Below, piece after piece: positions 11,001-22,318 of a DNA stretch of 64,000 nt. Below the pieces are notes generated by a model that searched no databases, had not been told where the DNA came from, and saw only the letters and a list, made by a program, of their open reading frames with translations. Within the stretch, counting starts at the first letter, position 1. Every line of letters starts with the position of its first letter. The DNA comes from Squalus acanthias (Eukaryota), in assembly GCA_030390025.1 (NCBI GenBank), contig JASTWF010000355.1:62001-126000 (forward strand), read 5' to 3'. Position numbers and translations under genes: made by a program.

Positions 11001-14000
11001 GCATTGTGGGTATAGGGTCACTGACCCTGGGCATTGTTGGTACAAGACCACTGATCCTGGGTATTGCTGTTATAAGTCACTGAACCTGGGCATTGTGGGT
11101 ACATTTTACTGATTCTGGTTATTGTCGGTGAAGGCTCACTGATGCAGGGCATTGTGGGCATAGGGTCACTGACACCAAGCATTCTGGGTACGTGTTCATT
11201 AACCCTGGGTGCTGCGGCTAAAGGTCACTCACCCTGTGCATTGTGGGTACAAGTTACAGGCCCTGGGCATTGCTGGTTAAGGGGCACACCTCCGGGGCAT
11301 TATGGAGTCATTTCACTTACCCTGGGCAATTTTGGTACAGGTCACTGACCCTGGGCATTGTGGGAACAGGTTACTGATCCTGAACATTGTGGGAAAAGGT
11401 CAGTAAACCTGGGCATGGTGGATACTGGGTCACTGATACAGGGCATTGCCGGTACAGGGTCACTGACCCTGGGCATTGTGGGTGCACGGTCTCTGAACCT
11501 GGGCATTGTGGATACAGAGTCACTGAACCTGGGCATTGTGGGTGGAGAGACCCTGACCCTCGGCATTGCGGGTGCAGGATCACTGACTCTGGGCATTGTG
11601 GGTACAGAGTCACTGACCCTGGGCAGTGTGGTTGCAGGAGCAATGACCATGGGAATTGTGGGTACAGGAGCACTGATTCTGGGAATTTTGGGTATGAGGG
11701 CATTGACCCCGGGCTTTTTGGTTTCATTGTCACTGACCTGGGCATTGTTGGTACAAGGCCACTGACCCTGGGCAATTTGGGTACCATGTTACAGACCCTT
11801 GGTGCTGAGTGTACAGGTCACTGACCCTGTGCATAGTGGTTACATGTCACCGAACCTAGGCAATTTGTGTATCATGTTACTGAATCTGGGCATTGTGGGT
11901 AGAGTGTCAGGAATTACAGGCAATGTGGGTACAGGCTCTCTGACCCCTTATATTATGGGTGCATGATTATTGACATTGGGCATTGTGGATTCAGTATCAC
12001 TGATCCCGGATATTGTGGGTACAGTGTAATTGACAACAAGAATTGTGGGTATGGGTTCACTGACCCTTGACATTGTGGCTAAATAGTCTCTAACCCTGGG
12101 CATTGTGGGTTAATGTCACTGACCCTGGGAAATTCAGGTACGTGTTACTGACCCTGGGCATTGCGGGTAAAGGGGCACACAACCTGAGCATTATGGGATA
12201 ATGTCACCGACCCTGGGCAAATTAGTTACAGATCACCTACCCTAGGCATTGTGGGAAAAGGTCAGTGACCCTGGCATGGTGGATACAGGGTCAGTGACAC
12301 TGGGCACTGTGGGTACGAGGTCATTGCCCCCCAGCTTTTTGGTAATATTTTCACTGACCCTGGGCATTGTGGGTACAAGGCCACTGACACTGGGCAATTT
12401 TGGTGTCATCTTTACTGATCCTGGGTGCTGCGTGTAATCGTCACTGACCCTGTGCATATTGGGTACATGTCACCCTCCCTGGGCAATTTGGGTAACATGT
12501 TACTGAACCTGGGCATTGTGGGTACAAGGTAACTGACCCTGGGCACTGTGGATAGGGGCAAAGACACTTCACATTTTACTACATGTTACTGACCCTGGGC
12601 ATTGTGGGTACAGTTTCACTGACACTGGGCATTGTGCGTACGAGGACAGTGCCCCGGGCTTTGTGGGTAACGGGTCAGTGAACCTGCGCATTGTGTGTAA
12701 AAGGTCTCTGACACTGGGCATTGTGGGTACATGTTACTGACTCTGGGCAATGTGGGGAAAGGGTCACCGACTTGAACATTGTGGGTACAGTGTCACTGAC
12801 GCCGTACATTGTGGGTCCAGGGACACAGACCCGTGGCATTGTGGTTAGAGGGTCATTGACCCTGGGCTTTGTGGGTCAGGGATACTGACCCCAAGAATTG
12901 TGGATACATATTCACTGACGCCGTACATTGTGGGTACAGTTTCACAGTCCCTGGGAATTTTGGGTTACAGACCCAGGGCATTTTGGGTAGTGGGTCACTG
13001 ACCCTGACCATTATGGGTACGAGGTCACTGGCCCTGGGAACTGTGGATAAAGCATCACTGCTCCAGAGCTTTGTGGAACATGGTAACTGACCATGTGCAT
13101 TCTGGGAAAAGAGGAGCAGACCCTGGGCATTGTGCGTACATGTTAATGATTCTGGGAATTGTGGGTACAGGTTCACTGAAACTGGGCAATGTGGGAACGA
13201 GATCACTGACGCCTTGCTTTGTGGGTACATGGTCACTGACCCTGGGCATTATGGGTGCATGCCACTGAACCTGGAAATTGTGGGTGCATGTTACTGATCC
13301 TGGGCATTGTCGTTGAAGGCTCATTGATGCAGGGCATTGTGGGTCGTATCAGTGACAAAAAGCTTTGTGGTTACGGGTTCACTGAACCTGGGCATTGTGG
13401 GTACAAGGTAACTGATCCTGAGCATTATAGGTACATATCACTGACACTGGGTAAGGTGGGTATATGTTACTGACACTGGGCATTGTCGGTGAAGGTTCAC
13501 TGACGCTGGGCATTGTGGGTATAGGGTCACTGACAACAAGCATTGTGATTACGGGTTCACTGAACCTGGCCATTGTGGGAAAAGGTCACTGAACCTGGGC
13601 ATTGTGGGTACAATTCACTGATCCGAGGCAATTTGGGTACATGTTACTGAATCTGGGCACTGTGGGTGCAAGGTAACCAATCATGGACATTGTGGTTAAA
13701 GGGGCACTAACCCTGAGTGTTGTGCTACATGTTACTGACGATTGGCATTGTGGGGACAGGTTCACTGACTCTGGGCAACGTGTGTAAGCGGTCACTGACC
13801 CAGGATTTTGTGTGTGCAAGGTTACTGACCCTGGGCATTGTGGGTGCAAGGTCACTGACCCTGGGCATTGTTGGTACATGTCACTGACTCTGGGCACTTT
13901 AGGTACATGTTACTGACTCTGTGCATTGTCGGTGAAGTCTAACTGACGCTGAGCATTGTGGCTACAGTGTCACTGACAACAAGCATTGTGGGTACGAGTT

Positions 14001-16390
14001 CACTGACCCAGGGAATTGTGGGTAAAAGGTCTCTGACCTTGGGCATTGTGCGTAAATGTCACTGACCCTGGGCAATTTGGGTTATTGTTAATGAACCTGG
14101 GCATTGTGGGTGCAAGGTCACTGATCACGGGAATTGTAAGTTCTTTGTGACTGAACTTGGCATTGTGGGTAAAGGTCACTGACAACTGGCATTGTGGGCG
14201 CCGGGCCACTAACGCTGGGCATTGTGGGTAAGGTAATTGACCCCGGGCATTGGGGGTACTGGATCACTGACCCTGGGTATTGTGGGAACAGATCACTGAC
14301 CCTGTGCATTTTGGGAAAAGATCAGTGACCCAGGGTTTTGTGGCTAAAGGGTTACTTACGCTGGGTATTGCGTGTACAGGGTCACTGAACCCGGGAATTG
14401 TGGGTACAGGATAACAGACCCTGGGTATTGTGGGTAAGAGGTCACTGACCATGGGCATTGGGCTACATGTTACTGACCCTTGGCATTGTGGGTAAAAGGT
14501 CACTGACCACGGGAATTGTGAGTTCTTTGTGACTGACCTTGGCATTGTGGATAAAGGTCACTGACAACTGGCATTTTGGGCGCCGGGCCACTGACCCTGG
14601 GCATTGTGGAAAAAGGTCAGTGACCCAGGGTATTGTGCATACAGGGTTACTGACCCCCGGAATTGTGGGTACAGGAATACAGAGCCTGGGCATTGTGGGT
14701 AAGAGGTCACTGACCATGAGCATTATGAGTACATGTCACTGACACTGGGTAATGTGGGTACATGTTACTGATCCTGGGCTTTGTCGATGAAGGTTCGCTG
14801 ACGCTGGGCATTGTGGGTAAAGGCTCACTGACAACAAGCATTGTGGGTACGGGTTCACTGACCCTGGGCATTGTGAGTAAAAGTTCATTAATCCTGAGCA
14901 TTGTAGGTACATGTCACTGATCCTAGGCAACTTGTGCACATGTTACAGAACCTGGGCACTCTGGGTACAAAGTTACCGATCCTGGGCATTGTGAGTAAAG
15001 GGGCACTGACCCTGGGCATTGTGCTACATGTTACTGACCCTTGACATTGTGGGTACAGGTTCACTGACCCTGGGCGTAATGTGCACGAGGTCACTGACCC
15101 TGGGCTTTGTGCGTACAGGGTCACTGTCCATGGGCATTGTGGGCAAAAAGGTCACTGACCATGGGCATTGTCGGTGAAGGCTAACTGACGCTGAGCATTG
15201 AGGGTACGGGTTCACTTACCCTGGGTATTGTGGGTAAAAGTTCAGAGACTCTGGGCAATTTGGGTACATGTCACTGAATCTGCAGATTATAGGTACAGGG
15301 TCACTGACCACGGGAATTTTCGGCTCTTGGTGACTGACAGCAGGCATTGTGGGCGCCGGGTCACTGACGCTGGGCATTGTAGGTAAGGTCATTGGCCTCG
15401 GCCATGGAAAGTACTGGATCACTGACCCTGGGCATTGTGGGAACATGTCACCGCTCCTGGGCATTGTGGAAAAATGTCAGTGACCCAGTGCTTTGTGGGT
15501 ACAGGGACACTGATCCCGGGCATTGTGGTTACAGTGTCACTGACTCTGGTCATTGTGGGTACTAGGTCAATGACCTTGGGCATTGTGGATACATGTCACT
15601 AACCCTGGGGATGGTGAGTGCATGGTACTGTCCTGGGCATTGTCGGTGAAGGCTAACTAACGCTGGGCACAGTATGTACTGTGTCACTGACATCAAGAAT
15701 TGTGTGTACAAGTTCACGGACCCTGGACTTTGGGGGTACATGTCACTGACCTGAGCCATTTGGATACATGTTATTGAACCTGGGCATTGTGGGTGCAGGG
15801 TCACTGACCCTGGGCACTGTCGGTGCAGTGTCACTGACACTAGGCTTTGAGGTTACAGGGTCACTGACCTTGGGTGTTGTGGATAGAGAGTCATTGACCA
15901 TGGGCATTTTGGGTACAGTGTCGCTGACATTGGGCATTGTGGGTACAGGGCAGCTGACCGTGGGCATTGTGGGTACAGTTTCACTGACCCCGTGAATAGT
16001 GGGTGCGGTGTCACTAAGGCTGGGCATTGTGTGTAAGGTCACTGATCATGGGCATTGGCATTACCGGATCACTGACCATGGGCATTGTGGGAACAGATCA
16101 CTGACCCTGGATTATGGGAAACATTCAGTAACACTGGGCATTGTGGGTACGAGCTCGCTAACCCCGGGAATATTGGGTTAAATTTCACTGACCAAGGTCA
16201 AGGTGGGTAAAATGTAACTGACCCTGGGCATTATGGGTAAAGGCGCACAGACCCTGGGCATTGTGGGTACATGTTACTGACCCTGGGCATTGTGGGTACA
16301 GCTTCACTGACCCTGGGTATTGTGTGCACGATGTCACTGACCCCGGGCTTTATTGTTACAGGGTCACTGACACTGGGCATTGTGGGTATA
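8100..16390. repeat. 8.3-kb diverged satellite/minisatellite, 29-30 bp unit (~280 units by length)
   Basis: Consensus GGGTACAGGGTCACTGACCCTGGGCATTGT. It produces the many PTMPRVSDPV, IVGTGSLTLG and HCGYRVTDPG repeat ORFs in the track. Confidence 0.97.
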
Positions 16391-17165
16391 AGTGAGTTCA
16401 AGACCCCCACCACCCTCTGGGTGAAAAAGATTTTCCTCAAATCCCCTCCAAACCTCCGAACAAATACTTTAAATCTATGCCCCCTTGTTACTGACCCATC
16501 TGCTAAGGAACATAGAACCTTCCTATCCACACTATCTATGCCCCTAATAATGTTATAAACCTCAAACAGATCTCCCCTCAGCCTCCTCTGTTCCAAAGAA
16601 AACAACCCCAGCCTATCAACTCTTTCCTCATAGCTAAAATTCGCCAATCCAGGCAACATCCTCGTAAATCTCCTCTGCACCATCTCTAGTGCAATCACAT
16701 CCTTCCTGTAATGTGGTCACCAGAACTGCACGCAGTATTCTAGCTGCGGCCTAACTAGTGTTTTATACAGTTTAAGCATAAACTTCCTGCTCTTATATTC
16801 TATGCTTCGGCTAATAAAGCCAAGATTCCCGTATGCTTACTTAACCACCTCATCTACCTGCCTGCAATCTTTAGTCATTTGTGAACATGAACTCCAAGGT
16901 CCCACTGATCCTCTGCACTTCTCAATGTCCTACATTTTATTGTACATTCCACTGCCTTGTTAGCCCTCCCCAAATGCATTACCACACACTTCTCCGGATT
17001 GAAATCAATTTGCCACTGGTCTGCTTACCAGACTAGTCCATTGATATCGTGCGGCTGTCGACAGCTTGCTTCTTCCGTATCAACCACGCGGCCAATTTTT
17101 GTTTCAAATGCAAACTTCTTAATCATACATCCTACATTCAAGTCCAAATCATTGAAATATACCAC
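16391..17165 (-). mobile_element. CR1 LINE RT 3' fragment
   Basis: ORF reads ALEMVQRRFTRMLPGL..LEQRRLRGDL..FFTQRVV. Its 3' end is replaced by the satellite. Confidence 0.9.
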
Positions 17166-17245
17166 AAGTTGTAATTTGTTAAATTTGAAACACAACTGTG
17201 AATTATTACATTTGTTCTAATATTTAATTGAACATGCTTTCAAAA

Positions 17246-17315
17246 TATTTTCGATCGAATCCGAACTGAGGACCTCTCACGGATGCGAACATGATTACCC
17301 TGATTAAAGGACATC
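17246..17315 (-). pseudogene. Highly decayed tRNA-Val-like remnant
   Basis: TATTTTCGATCGAATCCGAACTGAGGACCTCTCACGGATGCGAACATGATTACC loosely follows the reverse complement of vertebrate tRNA-Val (TGTTTCCGCCCGGTTTCGAACCGGGGACCTTTCGCGTG..GCGAACGTGATAACC). Confidence 0.35.
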
Positions 17316-17485
17316 ACTTAAAAGTGGGATTCAGCGATTTACCTGTTCGCTTAATATTTCCATCTGACCTGGTACTGAAAGTGGAGACGTTTCCACAATG
17401 TAGTAGCTATCACATTCACGGAAACATTTTATTGGAACTTGCTCCTTATGCATGTCCAAGGGCGAGATTGCTCTCCTGTGAAATG

Positions 17486-17712
17486 ACATAAGAACAGAAG
17501 AACGATAGAATAGGGAGCAGGAGTAGGCCATATGGCCTCTGGAGCCCGCTCCGCAAATCAATAAGATCATTGCTGATCTTCGACCTGAACTCAACTTTCG
17601 TACCCTATCCCCATATCCCTTGATTGCACTAAAGTCCAAAAATCTAACGATCTCAGCCTTGAATATACTCAACGACGGAGCATCAACAGCACTTTGGGGT
17701 AGAGAATGCCAA
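17486..17712 (-). mobile_element. CR1 3' tail (or CR1-tailed SINE) fragment
   Basis: ACATAAGAA..GGAGCAGGAGTAGGCCAT..CCGCTCCGC; the same 3' end is seen at 26695, ~35940 and 46935. Confidence 0.8.
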
Positions 17713-17737
17713 GGAAAAGGACTGCAATCCTAACAAT

Positions 17738-18245
17738 GGCGGCATGTTCCCGTTAATGGTCACCAATCAACGCACACTCACGAAGCAATGCTCACTCCTG
17801 ATCAAAGTTTCAACTTTCAACACCGCTGCTCCAGCCTCAGCAGTCAGCAGCGCATCATTCGGTATAGCGATACAAAATGCACTTCCTTGCCTTCTGTAAA
17901 TGCCTGCTGTTTCAAAGACAGCAGGCAATAATTATCCATATCTGTAAACCTTTGGATCCAGACTTGCTAATTGGCGCTTTAAATGGTGCCAGCATTTAAC
18001 TGCAGCTCAGTCTCAGAACAGTTACGGTTATTATCAGTCTTCCATGAATCTTCTTGCCGGCTGCATCTCCCGAACAAACTTAGCTTATCACAGCACGGCT
18101 ATCAATCAATTCATTACCAGTGTGAAAAATGCAACATTTCAAACTTAGCAACGCCTGCAAGAGTGGAATTAGAGAGTGCCTGGGCCGTGGACAGTGATAA
18201 CTTATCCTGAACATTAAGATATTTATTCGGCCTGAGCCCTTCCTG
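17738..18245 (-). repeat. tRNA-cluster spacer repeat, copy A (inverted relative to B and C)
   Basis: Reverse complement of 25248-25700, e.g. GCTTATCACAGCACGGCTATCAATCAATTCATT vs AATGAATTGATTGATAGCCGTGCTGTGATAAGC. Confidence 0.85.
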
Positions 18246-18704
18246 TATTGCTCAGTAGCCCACTGAGTGAGGAACTAAAAGACCACAGGCCGGGGATGGA
18301 GCCTGGGCATGTTCATTTCTGTGTGGGGCTCAGCACCATACCTGTTGCTGAAAATTGAACTTGATATAATTGCTCGGGATCAATGCGGCTCAGTGGGACT
18401 TCGGCCCGTCTCTCCCTTCAAAAACCATCTTGCCGAGAAAACAACGGGGAATTTTACACATGTGTTGTGCTCTGTAACTTTATATGAATATCTCAGTATA
18501 TTTCACGTCGTGCCCAACAATGTGAGGACCCCCCTGGTCTGTCAGCGTTGTATCTTTATAAACACTCCAGCTTTACATTAACACAACCTGAGCTCCGAGA
18601 TCTGGTCGGGTCCCATTGCCCGAAGTGAGGAATGAGTGGGAGGGGCAATTTCACCCGGTGTTGGAGAATCCTCCAAAAGTCTGATGCATTTAACTCACCG
18701 TGAA

Positions 18705-18778
18705 GCCGAAATGGCTCCGTTGGCAGAGCGTTAGACTGTGAGATCTCAAGGTTCCTGGTTCAGTCCCGGGTTTCGGTA
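18705..18778 (+). tRNA. tRNA-Phe-derived gene, probably a pseudogene (8-nt anticodon loop, altered B box)
   Basis: GCCGAAATGGCTCCGTTGGCAGAGCGTTAGACTGTGAGATCTCAAGGTTCCTGGTTCAGTCCCGGGTTTCGGTA aligns end to end with vertebrate tRNA-Phe(GAA). A TTTT terminator follows 2 nt downstream. Confidence 0.88.
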
Positions 18779-19207
18779 GGTTTTGGTTACTTTGTGCGTC
18801 CTTCACTATAAGAGAAGCGAATCAGGAGAGATTATCCACTCGTGGACCCCCATCCCCCAAACTAATGGGAGTAAAACTACATCTGATCCTCTGGATCCGG
18901 CTCCAGCCGCCCGCTGTGGGTTCGAATCAGGTCTGCGTCCCAACGGCTGATTTTATACCGGGACAGAGTTGAGGGAGGGCTGTTCAGCGTTGTTGCGACA
19001 ATAATTTTCAGAACGAAGTTTGATGGATCCAAGAGCTCTGTTTTCTGTTACTTTCGATGTACACTCTGCCCGGTTGTACATGTAAACATGTAACAATGTT
19101 TAAGCGATGTGGTGTTTTCAATGTTTGTGCAGTAACTCTGTCACCCGGTGTGAGCCTGAAAGACAATCCCCCAGCCTGGGCTTGAGCCCATCCATTGGGT
19201 GTTTAAT

Positions 19208-19253
19208 GGCCGGTTAGTTCAGTTGTTGAGAGCGTGGTGCTAATAAGGCCAAG
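19208..19253 (+). pseudogene. 5' two-thirds of tRNA-Ile(AAT), truncated by a CR1 junction
   Basis: GGCCGGTTAGTTCAGTTGTTGAGAGCGTGGTGCTAATAAGGCCAAG vs canonical GGCCGGTTAGCTCAGTTGGTTAGAGCGTGGTGCTAATAACGCCAAG. The T arm is absent. Confidence 0.88.
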
Positions 19254-21900
19254 TTTTTCCTCAAATCCCCTCTGAAACTCCTGCCCCTTACCTTGAGACT
19301 ATGCCCACTGGTTATTGACCCCTCTACTAAGGAGTAACGTTCCTTTCTATCTACCCTATCTATGCCCCTCATAATTTTGTACACCTCAATCAGGTCCCCC
19401 CTCAGCCTTCTCTGTTCCAAGGAAACCAACCCCAGTCTGTCCAGTCTCTCTTCATAGCTGAAACGCTCCAGCCCAGGTAAAATCCTGGTGAATCTCCTCT
19501 GCACCCTCTCCACTGCAATCACATCCTTCCGATAGTGTGGCGACCAGAACTGCACACAGTATTTCAGCTGTGGCCTAACTAACGTTTTGTACAGCTCCAT
19601 CATAACCTCCCTGCTCCTATATTCTATGCCTCGGCTAATGAAGGCAAGTATCCCATATGCCTTTTTAACCAACTTATCTACCTGTCCGGCTGCCTTCAGG
19701 GATCTATGTATATGAACACCAAGATCCCTCTGATCCTCTGTCCTTCCTAGGTTCCTACCATTCATTGTGTATTCCCTTGCCTTTTTACTCCTCCCAAAAT
19801 GCATCAGCTCACATTTTTCAGGGTTAAATTCCATTTGCCACTGTTCTGCCCATCTGCCCGACCGGTCGATATCGTTCTGTAGCATGAGTCTTCCTTCCTC
19901 GCTATTCACCACTTCCCCAATGTTCGTGTCATCTGCGAAATTACTGATCACACCTCCTACATTCATATCCAAATCATTACTTTGACACAACGAGACAAAG
20001 TCTTCCAGTCACAAATACAACCTTCGACCATCACCCTCTGCCTCCTGCCAGTAAGCCAATTTTGGATCCAACGTGCCAAATTTCCCTGGATCCGATGGGC
20101 TCTTAACTTCTTGACCAGTCTGCCATGCGGGACTTTGTCAAAAGCCTTACTGAAGTCCATGAAGAAAACATGAACTGCACTACCCTCATCCACGCACCCA
20201 GTCACCCCATCGAAAAATTCAATCAAATTGTTTAGACATGATCTGCCCCTGACAAAGCCATGCTGACTATCCTTGATTAATCCTTGCCTCTCCAAGTGGA
20301 GGCTAATTCTTTCCTGCAGAATTTTTTCCAATAATTTCCCTACCACTGATGTTAGGCTCACTGGCCTGTAATTCGCTGGTTTATCCCTACTACCCTTCTT
20401 GAATAAAGGTACTACGTTAGCTGTCCTCCAATCCTCTGGCACCTCCCCTGTGTCCAGAGTGGACCTGAAAATTTTTGTCATAGCCCATTCAATCTCCTCC
20501 CTTGCCTCACACAGCAGCCTGAGATACATCTCGTCTGGGCCTAGGGATTTATCCACTTTTAAGCCCGGTAAATCCCCAATACGTCCTCCCTCTCAATACG
20601 AATTTGTTCAAGTATATCACAAACCCGCCCTGCCTGATTTCAATGCCTACATCGTACTTCTCAATAGTGAACACAGATGCAAAATAATCATTTAAAACTT
20701 CACCCACATATTCCGGCTGGACACACAGATTGCCGCTTTGGTCCCTAATGGGCCCTACGCTTGTCCTGGTTATCCTCTTCCCCTTAATATACTTATAAAA
20801 TACTTTGGGATTTTCCTTTATTTTGCTCGCCAGTGTTTTTACATGCCCCCTCTTCGCTATCCTAATTTCGCTTTTAAGTAGCCCCCTGCACATTCCATAC
20901 TCCTCTAGGGCTTCCACTGTTTTTAGTTCTTTGCATCTGCCAAAAGCCTCCCTTGTTTTCCTAATCCATTCTTGTATATCGCTTGACATCCAGTGTTCCC
21001 AGGGCTTGTTGGTCCCACCCTTGACCTTTACGGGAACATGTTGGTGTTGTACTCTCTCTCTTTCTTTTCTGAAAGACACCCACTGCTCTGATGTGGATTT
21101 TCCTACAAGTAGCTGATCCCAGTCCACTTTGGCCAGATCCTGCCTTATCATATTAAAATCGATCTTCCCCCAATTTGGAACCTTTATTTCCGGTCCATCT
21201 TTGTCCTTTTCCATGACTACCTTAAATCGCACCGAATTATGGTCACTGTCAACAAAATGCTCTCCTACTAACGCTTCTACCACTTACCCGGCTACATTCC
21301 CTAGATTTAGGTCCACTAACGCCCCCTCTCTTGTAGGACTTTCTACTTGCTTGCTCAAAAAGCTCTCCTGGATGCTGTTTAAGAATTCCGTAACCTCTAA
21401 GCCTTCCACACTCTGACCAACCCAGTTATTATTGGGGAAGTTGAAATCCCCTACTATTATTACCCTATTATTTCTACACTTCTCTGAGATTTGCCTACAT
21501 ATCTGTTCCTCTTTCTCCCCCTGACTGTTTGGGGACCTATTTACACTAAGCAATGTGCTTGACACCTTTTTGTTTTTAAGTTCTACCCATATGGTCTCAT
21601 TAGAGGAACCTGCTAAGATATCATCCCTCCTTACAGCAGTAATTGAATCCTTGATTAATATGGCGACACCCCCTCTTCCTTTACACCCACCACTGTCTCG
21701 CCTGAAGATTCTATACCCCGGAATATTGAGCTGCCAGTCCTGCCACTCTCTGAATCATGTCTCTGTGATAACAACAATATCATACTCCCATGTGTTCATC
21801 AACACCTTCAATTCATCTGCCTCACTCGCAAGACACCTTGCATTAAAATAAATGCCATCCAGCCTTGACATACACCCTTGTGCCGTTACATAGTTGTTCT
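19254..21900 (-). mobile_element. CR1 LINE ORF2 (APE plus RT), degenerate, missing its 3' end
   Basis: ORFs 21284-21565, 20549-21283, 19963-20556 and 19214-19990 contain VGDFNFP, DSDHN, NYRPVSLTS, DFSKAFDKVPH and FADDT. The GVPQGS region is deleted. Confidence 0.93.
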
Positions 21901-22318
21901 GCCTTCCAGGCTGACTTGTTTTTTCCTCTTTCTCTTTATATTTGTGTATGTGTTTAATGATGAACGTTGAACTGGCGGCCTGTTCCCGTTAATGGTCACA
22001 AGCAGATCGAGGCAGACAGACAATTCTGGGAGCAGAATCTTATTCGCAAATTCTTAAAACTTCAAAAAGAAAACAAAAGGGTTAAACGCTTTTAACACAG
22101 AGAATTCGGTGGAGCTGAAACACAGATAACATAATCCTTCTTTTAAAGACAGACTTTCACACTTCTTCAATATTTATAGCCAGGAATATTTTCACACTTT
22201 AACACACACTTTCACACAAACTGAATCTCCAGATTTTTTTAAAGTTTCCTTTCTCTCAGCAACCTTGTGTTTTATTTCTCTCGGCTCAGACGTTAATAAC
22301 TTCCATGTCGGTAAAACT

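Noticed and set aside
8157..16390. Many repeat ORFs (PTMPRVSDPV, IVGTGSLTLG, HCGYRVTDPG) suggesting a mucin or beta-solenoid protein
   Set aside because: Units alternate between 29 and 30 bp, so frames shift constantly. ORFs occur in all frames on both strands, and none spans more than ~150 codons.
17355..17427. Second tRNA-Val-like remnant ending in CACGGAAAC
   Set aside because: Similarity is limited to a few terminal bases, which is too weak to call.
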